NCBI GenBank assembly: GCA_032718475.1
Contig: JAUCBJ010008829.1
Coordinates: 102,464 to 166,463, forward strand
DNA length: 64,000 nt
Direction of reading: 5' to 3'
DNA from: Nemertoderma westbladi
Taxonomy: Eukaryota; Animalia; Xenacoelomorpha
Shown: positions 33,001 to 47,836 of the stretch, one piece after another
Layout: each line of letters begins with the position of its first letter
Numbering within the stretch: position 1 is the first letter of the stretch
The notes under the pieces: model-generated
Seen by the model: the letters and a program-made list of their open reading frames with translations, nothing else
Told to the model about the DNA's origin: nothing
Databases searched by the model: none
Position numbers and translations under genes: made by a program

Positions 33001-36000
33001 TAACCCTTTTAAACGGGTATATATATATATTATAAATCAACTCAAACGATTTATAAGTAGTAGGCCTGCCATACAACAACTAGGTCTCAAAATCAGTTGG
33101 ACTACTGCTTAAATAACGGTAACAAAGTAAGTTAGAGTAACCAAGTAACCTAAATATTCAGAGGTTCGATTATTCTAAAATAATTGACATACCGGTATTT
33201 ACCATAGGCTTATTATATTTATTCCTATAAATTTGAGCTGAAATCATACCGGTACTCTGTAATTAATTCTAGTTCATAATTATACTTATATATACTATAA
33301 GTGTAAGCTGTATACCGTTATTCACGATAAGCCTATTATATATTTATATATATTTGTGCTAAATTTATATACCGGTACTCTGTGACAAACCTAGTTTACA
33401 ATACTTATATATACTATAAGTGTATACCGGTATTCTAATATACTGCAATAAATTACCGGTACTAGGCCAACGGTCATACTGAATTACTAGACTTGCTTTA
33501 ACTGTAACTATAGCAGTAAGCATTCAACTGTATAGCTAAACATGTCTGACACTCAGAAAAACCTGTCAGACAGTCTAATCGATACAACCATCTGTGACAC
33601 AGATAGGAGTGTAGAGCGATTAAGAAAGGAGTTCAGTTCACCTCCTACTGCAAGAAAGGTCATCCCTCCAGTAGTATCAGACCCTAGGCTAATCCACCAT
33701 AGGTCCATCATAGGTACTCGGGCCCAGGTCAAACGGAACCAAGAGGCAGCTGTCCTATCGCAGCAACATCTTGGTCAAGAACCTAGTTCCCAGCGATCCG
33801 ATAGCTCCAGTAGTTCGGATACTGTCGAGCTGACCCCCGAACGCGGATTGCAGATGGCGGCTACAGCCTACTCGGACCCTCTTCTCACCCTTCCTGCCGC
33901 AGTGCTAACCACTATATTGATTGCGGTGGAGGAACATCAAGCAGATTGGGCGAGGAATAAGAAAGCGACCCAAGATAATTATGCGGGATACGCCAGGGAA
34001 GAATTGATGTCTATTGTCGAGTCACAATGGAACTTTCCCGGACCTGGACTCCCGTTAGATCTGTCCGAAGCTACTTGGGAAGATATACACCGGATGGGAG
34101 TGACTAAAGATACAATGGATCCAGCTGTTTGGAAGAGGTCGGCAGCAGGATATGTGCAAGGGTTCTTCGGCTCCTTAGAGTGATTAGAAGAACAACTGTT
34201 TCGACAACCCCAAGGACCTCAAGAGCAGGAAGAGCTGCTATATCAAGTGCGCGAAAGAACCCTACGCATTAGACTAATTCTGTCAGCCTTTGAGGAAACT
34301 TCCAAAAGAAGACAGGACACGTCGCTGCAGGTTTCTGTTAAGACTTGGTTCCAGAGGGTAGGTCGCAAAGTGCAAGAAACGGACCAGTGGAAATCCCAGC
34401 TGTCTGAGAGACTAACTTATGAAAAACCAACCGATGCCACCCTTTCTGAAGTGGAAAGCGAAGAGACTGCAGAAAGACCACGAACGAGAGACGCCATCGA
34501 CATTTACCTATCCGACTATCAGCGATTCCTAGGAGACGAAGAGTTGAGGAGACGACTGTCTGGACTTTCCCCTAATAGTGAAGGAACCCAGCGGGTGTTA
34601 GACTCAATCGACGCTGAAATGTTGGCGGCTAATCAAGCTGAATTTGATGAAAAACTCCGCCTCACTAGAGTTCAAGAAGAACGAGTAAAGAAAAGGAGGA
34701 TAGAGGACCAAAGGGCAGCGGCAATCGCAGAAGCCGAAGCAGAAAGAAAGGAGGCAGCGGCAAGGGCAGAAGCAGAAATACAAAGAAAGGCGGCCATGGC
34801 AGAAGCAGAAATACAAAGAAGGGCGGCGGCGGCAGAAGCAAAGGCGGCCATGGCAGAAACAGAAGCAAGGGCGGAAAAGGCAGTAGCGGAAGCAGAACGG
34901 AGAGCGTCTGAGCAGACTACCCAACTGGAGTTGGAGAAGCTGCAAGAGACGCAAGACAACATAAATAAACAGTTAACTGCTAGTCACATGCAAATGATGA
35001 GAAAATCTACTCCCAAACGCCAGGGCTATACTTCATCGGAGGAAAGCGAAACCACCGATCCTGAAGGCGGAGGAAATAGATCTCGTCTAAGCAGGCGTAG
35101 AAAAACATCTTACCGTCACAAATTGCCTGATTTGCCCCCAGCTGTTAAAAGACAACTAACTAGCACAGACTTAGGTAGTGCAGAACCCGTAGAACAATTT
35201 ATCCAGGTCAAAAGACTCCCTACTATAGTCGATGAACCTGAAATAATTAGGCCTGTCGTTCCCAAAGTCACTTCTGTGCTAGAGACCCCTGCACTTCCAG
35301 AGCTTAACTCTAAATTCCCTTTGCATAGTACCACACTGCCTGTACCCGGTGGAACAGTCCATGCAAATACCCCTGTCCTGAGCATTGAGAGAGGAATCAA
35401 AGATTTGTCTCCCGTCGTCCCGCGTCAACCCGCTAAAATGTTGGCGACTCCCGCTTCGGCGGTTGAGTGGGTAGAGGAGGGACGGCGGGGGATGAACCTC
35501 CTGCTCGGACAGATGCAGGAGACTGTCCACCAGCTTAAGGGAACAGTAAGGGAAAGTAGGGCAGAATTACAAGAAGTGCAGCAAAGTATCGCACTAGAAC
35601 GCGATAAATTAGTCAATATACAAAAGGGCATACCAATACCCCCTGTAACATTGTGTCAACCTGTTAGGTCTGAAGTATTACATGCGCAAGGTGTGGAGCC
35701 TACACGCATCTATACTGCTAGTGAAGTTGAAACTCCTATAACAAACCCTATTAAGGGTGATTATAGACCTGTTATTAATGATATTCCCTATAGACCTGAT
35801 AATGATCCGAGAAATTTATATGCCGATAATTCTATATTAAATAACACGATGGCCCAAGAAAGCTTTACGCGGCAGATGGCTAGAACAGAAGCCCGCCAAG
35901 CGGTCAAAGTGGGAGAGATCGTCAAATTCAATGGAGACGAAATGAAATGGTTACCTTTCAACGAATATTACAAAGACAGCATACAGAACTCTGTGCTATC

Positions 36001-39000
36001 TAACGGAGAGAAACTTAGGTTCCTCATCAAGTGCTTGGAAGGACCTCCCAAGTTAATGGCGTTAAAGTTTATTGGACATCCAGAAGGATTAAGACAAGTT
36101 TGGGATACATTAAACATCAGGTATGGTAACAAGGACAACATAGCTAAGTATTTGTATGCGAAATTAGTAGCCCCTCGACACTTCCTTAGTAGCGGGATTA
36201 TAGAGTTTTCTGATGAAATTCAGGAAATCTGTAGACAACTGGACTGGTTAGGTAAGTCTCATGAATATCAGAGTTCCATGGTTATTGGAGCTGTAGTCTC
36301 TACTTTACCAAAGGGTGGAGTATGTACACGCTGATACAAGAAAGTGTTGTACATGAATGAACAACAACGACGAAGTCCTACCATGGCTGATCTCATGTCC
36401 TTCTTAGATGGTGAGGTAAAACTACAACTCATCAAGCAGTCCAGAGAGAAAACATCGGAAAATAAGGTAAGTGAGAAACCCGCTTCTAGGAGAAGAGTAA
36501 CACCGGTGTGTTACACTGACGACGGCGAAAGCCAAGCTTCTCAAGAAGAAGACAGCGGGAAAGACACCGAACGATCTTACTATGTTGACAAAACCTCTAA
36601 GGACGTAAGTAAATACAAGGCTCGAACCAACAATAGGAGAGAACAGGTTGCTAAGACCCCTCCTCAGTCTCCTAGCAGAATGCGCGGAAGAAAGCCCGAA
36701 GAAAGAACGAGAGTGCATCAGATTACCCAAGGTAAAGTAAGTAACATAAAACCTAACTGTGCGCTGTGCGACGGGACCCACCGTTTGAGTGCGTGTGCGG
36801 AATTTCTAAAGAAATCCCTTGTAGACAGATGTACAGTTGTGTGGGACAAGCGGTTATGCTATAATTGCCTCAGACCAGGACACCAACGGCGAACCTGTTA
36901 CTCCGACATAAAGTGTGAAAAGTGTGGTGCGAAACATCACATCTTGTTACATAGTGAGTTCGAACGAGACAAGCAGAGTCAGGTAAGTGAGTCCGAACTA
37001 CATGTCCAATTCAGTGATGTAAATGACACTGATCAGGAGTCTGAGATGGAAGGATTCTATACTGACGAATTCTCCGACGCCAACGAATCCTGTTATCTAA
37101 TCAATACCGCAGTGTATCGAGCACTTACTTATGAAAAGGACACCAACAATGAGTTTCCCCTAACTACTTTTGCCAAACAACCATCTTGGAAAACGCCAAC
37201 TTCCAACGTAGGAATCAGAGAATTTCCTGTAGTGCAAGTAAGAATTCATGGTACTCACCACAGTTACATAGTGAACGCACTCCTTGATTCCGGCAGCACA
37301 GGAACATTCATAGATCAAGAATTAGCCGAAGACATCTTTGCTGGACAACCCAAATTCCAGACAAAATTGAACATGTCAGGAATTATGCAGGTTTGGAAAT
37401 CTACCCTAACGGCAGATTACTACGTAGGTGTGTTGTCCACTCCCCAGGATAAGTTAGGAACACAAGGTATAAGGTCGGTAAAAATGGTGGCTATAAAGAA
37501 CTTCGCTACTACTCAAGCAGACCTTTATAATTGGGATGAAGATGAGAGCATCCAACATCTTAAGATACCTCGGTTCCAGACAGATTATCCTGGAGTGCAA
37601 ATCCTCATCGGCCAAAACGCGCATGAGGCGCTTGAAACATTAGAGAAACGACCTGCTCAACCGCAGCCACTGCAAACCTATGCGGTAAGAACTAGAGTAG
37701 GTTGGTACTTTACTGGCCCTTCCCGCAGGACTCTCGAAGAGAGAATGCCACAAGAACGAGTAGATCATGTGAGCGATTGGAGCGAGGAGAGCAGTGAGGT
37801 GGACGAACTAACTGAGGGAACACCATACTCCTCAGATAACGATGACACTTATCAACTCTTCGATGAGGAGAACACCATAGACTTACTTACAGAAAACCAA
37901 ACTTGGAAAGATCAGGTGAACCTATGTCAACTGATTCACCCATCGGAACCCATCGCTTACAATGACGAACTCAACGATGAGATAGAGCGCTGCAACGCTA
38001 GAACTCGGGACGAACTAGCCGTACGATTCTTTACTCAGGAACTTGTAGAGCCCAATTCGTATGATAAAGAAGAAGAAAGAGCCAAGCAAATCCAGGAAAC
38101 AACTACACGTTTTTTAAAAGACCAAGGTAGGTATGAAATCGGCCTGCCATTTCGAAAACAAGAACCTAAATTTACAAATAACAGACCCTTGGCCGAGAAA
38201 AGAATCGCTCAATTGCATCGACGCCTTACAGCTAATGCTTCAGCGAAAGAAATGTACCAAACTCAGCTGAAGAAATTTATAACAAAGGGATACGCGGAGC
38301 GAGTACCGGAAGGAACACCAGTGACTGAGAGAACGTATTACTTAACACATCATTACGTTCCCAAACCCGGTAAGCCCCATGAAGTACGAGTCGTATTCGA
38401 TGGCTCTGCTCTATATATGGGCCAATCCCTTAATTCCGAGTTGTTACCAGGACCCAATTTACTCCAATCTTTGTTGGGAATACTTTTGAGATTAAGACAA
38501 TATTCCATCGCGTTCGCTTCCGATATCGAAGGAATGTTCTTACAAGTCAAGGCGCTGGAGAGAGATAGAGACAGCCTGAGATTTCTGTGGTGGCCTGAAG
38601 GAGACCTCAACCAGAAACCGGTGGAGTACTGGATGACCATCCAGGCTTTTGGGATCATATCTAGCCCTTCCAACGCCTGCTCCGTGGTGCGAACCACTGC
38701 GAATGACAACCGAGACTCCTTCTCCAAAGTGGTGATAGACAACATAAAACGCAATATATACATGGACGACAATTTAAGGTCCCTTCCATCAGTAGAAGAA
38801 GCCATAGCTGTCGCGAAAGGAACGGTAGAGTGTTTGAAAAGAGGTGGATTTCGACTGACGAAATTCACTAGTAACTCCCGTGAGTTTCTGGAAGCCATAC
38901 CGGTAGAGGATCGCGGAGCGAAAGACCTAGACTTAATAAAGGACAATCTTCCTGAAACCAAGACGCTAGGCTTGAAGTGGGACACTGAAAGAGACATCCT

Positions 39001-41494
39001 GTTTTTTCAGTTAAAACAGCGAGATAATCCAGTCCGGACCAAACGGATTTGTTTAAGTATCCTGAGCACTTATTTCGACCCATTGGGATTTATTAGCCCA
39101 GTTATATTGATTGCTCGGAGTTTAGTACAACAGATGTGGCTTGAAAACCACTCATGGGATGATCCGCTTAAGGGAGAACTGTTGAAGAAATGGATGAAAT
39201 GGGAAGATTCTCTACCTGCCATCGAGAACTTTATAATTTCCCGTGCATATTTTGGACATGTTCTTCCGACGTATTCCTATCAACTCCATGTGTTTGGAGA
39301 CGCCAGCGACATGGGAATAGGTATAGTAGCATATCTGCGAGTCGAAACTCCGGATGGGATCAAAGTCGCCTTGGTTACCTCTAAGGCACTGATTAACAAC
39401 AAGTTAAAGGTTCCTCGAGCGGAGTTAAAGGCGGCTTTATACGCTACAGCCATCGGCCGGAACGTAACGGAACAAATCGACTATCCACTGGAGAAAACGG
39501 TTTATTAGACCGACGCTTTACTCGTGTTGGAGTATCTAACCAATGAAGTCTGTCAGTTCAGCGTTTTTGTTACTAACAGGGTAGCTATTATTCTTAGTCG
39601 CACGAAGATAGATCAATGGAGACATTGCCCTGGTACGATTAATCCCGCCGATATCGCCTCCAGGGGAGCAACTCCACAAGAACTGATAGATACTCCAGAT
39701 TGGTTGGGTGGACCCGACTTCCTGAGCAAGGAAGAGGACGAATGGCCTCCTCACCTTACTACGGCGGAAATTAGACAAGCCAAGGGAGCGGAGACCGTCA
39801 AACCTAAAACCCGGGCGAGTAAATCGAAGTTATTTAAACCGACTATCGATCTATCCGTATTACATGTTTCCGGAAACGATGATTCGGATCCACAATCCCT
39901 CGCTATAAATAAGTCTGTTGCGGAAATTCGAGATAGAGATTGGAAATCTGGAATACCAGACGTCTCGCAAGGAATCTCACCCCTGCTGCAGAGAGCGATG
40001 CATCACTACAGTTCCTGGAATCGGCTCTGTAAAGCCGTTACATATTTAAAGAGATGCTTTCATCATCAATACTCCAGGGCGAAGACCACTAGTGATAACG
40101 CTCCATTGACATCTGCACAAGTTCATGTTATTAAAAACTTACCTAAATATAAGGTATCTGACAGTTTTCTAAAGGAGAAAATTAGTCACCAGGAGCATGA
40201 AGAGACCAATAAACAGATACTGAGACTCCTGCAATGCTATGAGGATTCCGAAAAGTATTTCCTGTTGTTGAGAAATCCGCAGATGCGCTTAAGGGATCGA
40301 TTCTCTAGCACAATGATAGATGGGTTAATACGTGTTGGAGGAAGGCTCACCAATGCACCCTTATCCTTTGACACTAAATTCCCCATACTCATTAGAAATC
40401 TTGAAGTACAAATCAAGATGATTGTAGATGTTCACAGTAAGCTTTATCATGCTGGAAGAGAACGAGTTCTTAGCGAAATTCGAACTCGCTATTATTTTGA
40501 TAAACCCCGTAGAGCTCTGAACCAAGTTCTTAGGAACTGCATACCCTGTAGGAAAGCATTCAGTAGGCCTTTAACACAGCGAGAGGCAGAATTACCTAGG
40601 GAACGAGTAAGCTTCTATGAACCACCTTTTACTAATACTGGTGTAGATTTATTTGGCCCTATTGAAGTATATCGTGCGAGGACTATAGTCAAGAGATGGT
40701 GTGTCATCTTCGTGTGCATGACTTGCACAGCCATCCATCTCGATATGGTGAATGATCTATCTACCAACAGTTTCGTCTTAAGTTTACGACGACAGATCGC
40801 TCGCTTCGGTACGAGTAATACCATGAGATCGGACAAGGGAACGAACTTCATTGGTGCCAACAACGAAATACAGGCTTACGTAAAGGACTGGAACCAAAGA
40901 CAGGTGGATGACCAGCTAAAGATAACAGCGTCTAGCTGGACCTTCAACGCCGCCGACGCCCCTTGGTGGGGAGGAAGTTGGGAGAGATTAATTAGAAGTG
41001 TTAAGACCGCATTTCACTTTATAGTGCCATGCCGTGCGTATCTCACCGACGAACTTTTGTGGACGTTAATGGAGGAAATAGCTGCCTATCTTAACGAGAG
41101 ACCGCTTATGCCAGTCTCATCGAGTCCCGATTCCCTGGAAGCGCTAACACCTGCGCACTTCCTACTGAAGAAACCGGTAGCCATGCTCCCACGATCGGAG
41201 ATTGCCGACGGAGACGAATACTGCCGTCGAACTTGGCAACTTATGCAGTTGCTATCCCGTCGTTTCGCTGACCATTTCGAGAAACATTACCTGCCCACGC
41301 TACAACTTCGAACTAAGTGGTTTGCGCAGCAGGAAAATGTCAGCGCCGGAGACATGGTACTTATTGTAGATCCAGACCTCCCACGTAAACGGTGGCAGAC
41401 AGGTCGTATCATCGAGACCCATATCTCGGAGGATGGTTTAGTGCGTTCAGTAGAACTCATCGTTATGCGGCGTAACTTCAAGAAGCCCGGCATA
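30022..41494 (+). mobile_element. BEL/Pao copy B3 (5' LTR 30022-31308, 2.2-kb leader, gag-pol; 3' end lost)
   Basis: LTR termini as in B2. Inserted in the B2 integrase tail and truncated at RRNFKKPGI. Confidence 0.92.
31309..31319 (+). promoter_or_regulatory. Non-tRNA primer-binding-site position in B3, complementary to LTR 30522-30532
   Basis: ATAACAGTCAT is the reverse complement of ATGACTGTTAT. Confidence 0.75.
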
Positions 41495-41500
41495 ATGTAG
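33542..41500 (+). pseudogene. gag-pol: B3 single-frame gag-pol polyprotein with three premature stops
   Basis: ORFs at 33542, 34247, 36344 and 39524 share one frame. Three Cys/His motifs (CALCDGTHRLSAC, CYNCLRPGHQRRTC, CEKCGAKHHILLH) typical of BEL gag, plus ALLDSGS, YMDD, RNase H and DDE integrase motifs. Confidence 0.95.
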
Positions 41501-42768
41501 ACTTGCTGTGGTGTGATTAATATGGGTTTAACAAGCCAGTGGGTTGATAAAACTAGCGTAAAACAATACTGCTGACAGAAAAAGCAGTCAAAAAAAGGGT
41601 AATATCAGTAGAATAAGAATCATATAATAAGAATAAGAATCATTGAGTTGTGTAATCAATAATCGTAATAAAAACGTACAGTATAATAGATAGCACGCAG
41701 TACACAGTGTGGTGGGCGATTGCGTGCGACACAGATGGGTGTTAGGATAGGGTTAGGATAGGTAACTGGGGAAATGCAACGTGTCTACGTGTAGTCGAAT
41801 TTCAAATCCCATGACACACTGGCGGTCGAATGGCAGGAAATCATTAAGTTGGCAATCATTAACCCCAAAAAATATATTGAGTTTAAAAATTCAACAATTT
41901 TCATAGATATAAGCACAATCTTGAAGTTGATACCACCAGTACCATATCTATTATACATTTCTGCATTACCAAATAGAAGTTGTATGACTAAAAAAAAGAA
42001 AAAATTGAGTAGCGAATAATTTCCAATTAAACAAAAAGAGAGAACATCCTAACTTTTTTGTGATAAAAAAAGGAGGGGCCTAAACAGAGAAAAAAAAAAG
42101 TTGTTCATTGAAGGAAAGTAGTATAGCATAGACTTGAGTTAATGATAAAGTTAAGGGCAACTTAATGAGATCAACTGCAATACTCGTCTACACTAGCCAA
42201 ACATTCCCAAGTTAGTTCAGGCTGCACCATTGTTGCCACCAGAACCACTAGGGACAATTACCCTTTCGAGATCATGTAGATTTGAAATCACCGTACAGCA
42301 GTGCTCTGTAGTACATACGACATCACCGTACAGCAGTGCTCTGTAGTACAGAGTCATGCAGTAGTAAAATCGAGGTATCAGATATTGAGGTAGTCATGGT
42401 CGAGTGAAAAGCTGGGTCAAAACAAGGGTGGATATCAAGGTAGTCATGGTGGATTGAAAAGCCGGGTCAAAACGTGGGTGGATATCGAGGTAGTCGCGGT
42501 TGTGTGAAGGAAAACAAGGTCTAATTAAGGGTGGGTGGAAGAAGTAATCGTGGTAAGTGGAGAACAGTGTCGTAAAAGTATAATACATGCAAAATAATAA
42601 TACAAAATTCAAATCAAAAGAAATACAAATGCGAACAAAATACTAAAAGAACAGGGAACTCTTTAAAATATTGTTCCTTCTTTTATACTCATTCAACAGC
42701 TGATATTGATAATCAGCTGTGTCAAAGCCACTTAACCAGTCAACCAAAACCTTCATTTCAAATTGGTT

Positions 42769-44330
42769 TCAGCCGATTAAAACATGGTCACCGCGTCTCA
42801 GACATCGGGTATTAAGATACCAAGAGGTTCTGGCCGAAATAGAGGGCAAATAGTACTTCTGCCATATTTCCCAGAATTTGTTGGCTAATAATTGAGTGAT
42901 TTTCCAAGCTTTGTTGCCGTATCTGTCACTATCGACAGGTACCGAAGTGGGCAACAATGTCGTCAGCGCCTGCATAAGCAGGTGCGCTGGTGTCAAGGCT
43001 AACTGTGAGTCATTGTTGTCTGGGATCAAAGCGATGGGTCTGGTGTTCAGAACCGCTTAGATTTCTATTAACAACGTCGTCAGTTGGTCGTCTGTGAAGA
43101 TGCGTTGCGTTGGTATTACTTTCGCCATAGCCGTTTTGATTGATCAATCTTTCCCAAACTCCGCCTCTCCACGGACTGTCAGAAGTGTTAAAGCTCCAGA
43201 CAATGTTGTGAGGACGTAGCTCATCGGAAATTTGATTTTGGTCCAACCTCCTTAAGGCTCTGGAGATTTCATTCTGTGCACCCACAAAGTTAGTCCCTTG
43301 GTCGCAATAAATGGATTTGACCAATCCACATCTAGCGATAAATCGCCGTAAGGCTAGGATAAAGGCGTTGGTGGTTAAATCTGTCACACATTCAATATGG
43401 ACAGCTCTGCTGGCCATGCAAGTGAAGATTAATCTCCTGCGTTTTACCTGTACCCTTCCGTGTTTCGCGATTATGGGTCCAAAACAGTCTATCCCTGTCT
43501 CAGTGAAAGGGGGTCTAAAGGCCTGTAACCTTGCTAATGGTAGTTCACTCATCTATTGGTGTCCTATCCTCGCATGCACCTTCTTACAAATAATACAGTT
43601 ATGTGTCACTTAACTCAATGCCTTACTGGGCCTAATTAGTACAAACCTCAAGCGTAAGTGTGATAGACAGTGGTGTCTACCTACGTGTTTGAGTCGTACA
43701 TGTGCGTCCAGTATCATAGTGTGCTGTAACTCATGGTGTTGCGGTATGATGATAGGATACCTAAAGTCTAATGCGAAGTCAATGTTTTGGAGTCGGGACT
43801 TGTGACAAAGTAAACCCTTGTAAATTATTGGACTCCAACTCAAGATCGGTGAAGACTTGATCTGTTTACCCTGATTGATTGCTGTGAACTCTCATGCGAA
43901 ATATCGCAATTGATAATGTTTAATAAAATCAACTTCACAACTCCCAATTTCATCCAAGGTAAGTCTTCTAGGAAAGTCGCGTTTGCCTCTGATATATTGT
44001 CTCAAACGTTTGAGCCATGCTAACTTGCGGCACGCATCCGTCCATGATCTAGTTAGGTTAACTATCCTGTCAACGTAAGTGTTGGTGACGTCATCAGGTA
44101 AGGTATAGTCAAAGTGTGGATATTTGTTTGGACTTGGTAGGCCCATGGGCCTTCTGGTGAGTGTCTCCCTTTCTACAATAGGTTTGTCTGAGTCCTTAAG
44201 TACTTCAATCTCCATGGTCTTACCTTTACCGTCTGCACTCAGTGAATCGACTGGTAGTAACGGTTTCAACTCTACGGTATCAGTGTGTTCCTGTGGGCTC
44301 GTAAGCCTCACACGTTTAGCCGTAGGCTGT
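42769..44330 (-). pseudogene. pol: Degenerate integrase region of a different BEL/Pao family (E)
   Basis: RPPFTETGIDCFGP, CDQGTNFVGA, PWRGGVWERL, ALTPAHLL and AHVRLKHVG motifs, split by stops and frameshifts. Confidence 0.9.
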
Positions 44331-44374
44331 AAGTGAAGTATTTTTGTAAATTTTGTGAATTAGGTGAAGTATTA

Positions 44375-44955
44375 AAGTTATACATGTGGTTCAGTAAGTT
44401 ACATACTGTATTTGGTATGGTACATTAAGTTACACAAATGGTAAAGAAAGTTACACACACGGTTCAGTAAGTTACAAACATGATTGAGTAAGTCACTCAC
44501 GTGGTACAGTAAGTTACATATGTGGTCCAGTAAGCTACACATGATTGAGTACGTTACACAGACACGTGGTACAGTGCTCACGTATATGGTGTAAACCAAG
44601 GACTTTCGCGTAGTACATTACCCGCGAACCGAGGACTTGTAATGAACTGAGGACGTCCTCGGTTCGCAGTGACGGCAGAAATGAAATCAGCAACCCCAAA
44701 TTACCCCAGATCTGTATTTTTATTGAATTCCTCTGTGGTCCTCGTTTTGAATGCATTTTCCTACACTGCTGTGTATGTGTTTCTGAGTATGAAGGTCCTC
44801 AGTTTGTTTGTATTCTACGCAAAGTCCTCGGTTTCCGGTGCCAAAATAAACACTTTCGTTTTCAACCAACCGAGGACCCGAATACAAACCGAGGACCCGA
44901 ATACAAACCGAGGAGCCGAATGCAAAGCTAGGGGCCGAATACAAACCGTACAAAC
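44375..44955. repeat. Degenerate 21-bp tandem repeat followed by a cluster of AACCGAGGAC direct and inverted motifs (possible DNA-transposon end)
   Basis: CAGTAAGTTACACATGTGG-like units to about 44590. AACCGAGGAC/GTCCTCGGTT motifs at 44625-44955 include three 19-bp units. Confidence 0.6.
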
Positions 44956-45378
44956 TTGAACAAGGTGATGGTATAATAATGCTTAAGCGGCTCAATAAAA
45001 TCAATGAAGAATGAAAAAATGACAGATATTCTGAATTTGGTAATAGAGAAATAACTTTTAACAGCATTTATTTATTCAACTATGTATATTTTAGACTTTA
45101 TTAATGTTAACGAAGGCCAATATCAATAAAATTGATTATCCAAATGACAGTAATTCAGTTTCCGATAAAATATTAAGTAATCAGATAACCATAGAAAAAT
45201 TATGTTATTATTATACTGTATGTCAGAATGTACCCAAAAAACCTAAAAATTACTGTACTGTAATAAAATAGCACATATTAACCGGATGATAATAGTAGGC
45301 CTAATACTAAATTTTTTGTTAAAAATGTGAATAATTTGTATAAAAGTACAAATTAGTTATGCTATGCATATGTCTTAA

Positions 45379-46930
45379 CCCTATTAAACCCGGGGGGGGG
45401 TCAATATGACCCCTCCCGTGGTTTTTTTATTATAAATCTGAAACAAACTCAGTTGGGAATCTGAAATTTTATGACTTTTCCTAAAAATCTATTGTCTTCC
45501 TAGTAGTGAAAACCGTTTTTAAAAATATTGGGTACTTTTCGAGTTATAGCACCATTTTTTAACCCTACTTTTGGCACTTTTTTTGAGACGTTTTTTGAAA
45601 ATTACATTTCATTAAATATGAATTGTAACATCTCTATTTATTATTTACACCGGTTTTTTGGTGTTAGAAATTTGATGGAATTCATATAAATTGATTTAGA
45701 AATTTCAAACTTGTTTTTTTCGGTGGGTGCCAAATTTTGGTGCCAGCACCAAATTTTGAAATAAGTCAATTTTGTAAATTGATCGTTTGAAACTTGTTTT
45801 TTACGCAATTGCGGTTTTTTGGGTTTCTAGATTCGATGAAATATATACGAGTTGCACCAAGCGTATCAAACTTGTATTTTTCGGTGCTGTGTGCAAATTT
45901 TGGTGCAAGCACGAAATTTTGAAAATCCATTCAATAGATAAAATTGCTTGTGACAACTTATTTCTTGGGTTTTAGAAGTTTATGGCTGTTCTGAATTCAA
46001 TGGAAAATATAATTATCGAACTAGACATCTCAAACTTGTATTTTTCGGATGTGGGTGCAAAATGTGGTGCTAGCACCAAATTTTGAAAACCATCAAATAT
46101 ATCAATTGATTGTGTCACCTTGTTTCTTGCGTTATATGGGTTTGTGATGGTTCTGAATTCAATGGAATCAGTAAAAATTTCATATGTGTTCTCAAAATGG
46201 TATTTTTCGCCGGTGGGTGAAAATTGTTGTGCCAGCACCAAATTTTGGAAAATATGCAAATTGATAAGTAGATAGTAACACCTTGTTTCTTGCGTTATAC
46301 GGGTTTATGAGGGTCCTGAATCCGATGGAATCAATAAAAACAGCACTGGACATCGCAAACTTGTACTTTTTGGTGATGGGTACGAAATTTGGTGCTAGCA
46401 CCAAAATTTGCCAAAAAACGCCGAAAAATACAAGTAGCAATGATCTGGCATATTAGAAATGTATTCCATTAGAATCAGCGCCCTCGAAAACCTGAAAATG
46501 TGAATTTATAGCATCGTATAAGTGAATTAAAAATTTTGTGTTCTAACTGAAAAGTGCTGGTTACTTGTTTTTTTCATTTTTTTCCTACGCAGAGAGGACT
46601 AAACAGCCATTTATAGTAATCATATCATTTTTTAATATTTTCCAATGTATTTTGCACCCCAGAAAACCTGTATTGAAAAATAATTAGCCGAAAATGTAAC
46701 TTTCAAATTTGGTGAAAATTGTGCACTACTTGTAATTTTGGTGCTGCAATATAACCACCCCAGTACATTTTTTTCGAAATTTTTTTTTTCGGTCGGATCC
46801 AGACAAGTGATACCTACGTACAAACAAAAAATCAGACGTTTTCGTAAATATTTGTAGATTTTAGAGGGGGGGGTCAATATGACCCCCTCCCGGTATTTGT
46901 ACAACATTTTATAGCCCGGTACTAATAGGG
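45379..46930. mobile_element. Non-autonomous piggyBac-type element
   Basis: TTAA on both sides (45375-45378, 46931-46934), termini CCCTATTA...TAATAGGG, subterminal palindrome GGGGTCAATATGACCCC at both ends, five internal repeats of about 162 bp, no transposase ORF. Confidence 0.85.
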
Positions 46931-47836
46931 TTAAGTCTATGCATATGTCTCTAATGCATATGTCATATGTCTAGTTATGCTATGTCATAAATTCTATTTT
47001 ATCTACTATATACAGCGCACTATAATGATTGTTTGTGAAAATTTACATTCTTTTTCAGACTCCAAGATAACATCACCTAACAACAATAACATCGGGTATT
47101 ATACTGTATGTAGGCTATTATACGGAAGAAATTATAAAAATTACTAGAGGAATTATCGGTATTATACTGTATATTACAAAAAAAATTTGTCAAAAAAAAT
47201 GTTAGAAAAAAACTAAAACTACTGTATGAACATATGTTTCAGCTGCAAAGGTTAGGCTATAATTGACCTGTAAAATGGTCAAACTTAGGGCCGTACTCTA
47301 CTGTAGGTATACTGCAATATATACAGTCCCTCTTTCCATTGTACATAATCAATAAATCAATCTAATCTCAGTTAACTTGAATTAATTTAATGTCAACGCC
47401 TAACTATATTATTAGTAAAAACTATTTCCTATTATTTAAAATATTTATATATAGTGTATAGCTACAGTACATATTGAGTAAACAATATGTGGCAGTGAAA
47501 GCGAAAAGGTACCTTAAGGTGAAAATGAGGTTTTTGAGTTAGATATTGCATGTGATTGGCCAATATCTCAGCTCTCTAATGAGCTATAAATCATCCTGAT
47601 TGGATGAGTACATCAAGAGTTATTAGAATTTAAGTATTGGCAAGACAACCAGATGGAAAATATACTATTATGAGTAAATCGCGTTTAAAGTTTTTGTTGT
47701 ATTTTAATAGTAGTAGGGATTACTTACAAAGTATCTTGAAAGTGAGTTTGCTAAATCGGAGTGGGGAGGGGGTTGTGTTGTGATCTTGAGGCTTGAGGGG
47801 CAAAATGTGCAATAGGAATGTACATTAGCAAACTAA

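Noticed and set aside
41741-41762. Telomeric repeat (GTTAGGATAGGGTTAGGATAGG)
   Set aside because: Only a few imperfect units, too short to indicate a telomere or a healed end.
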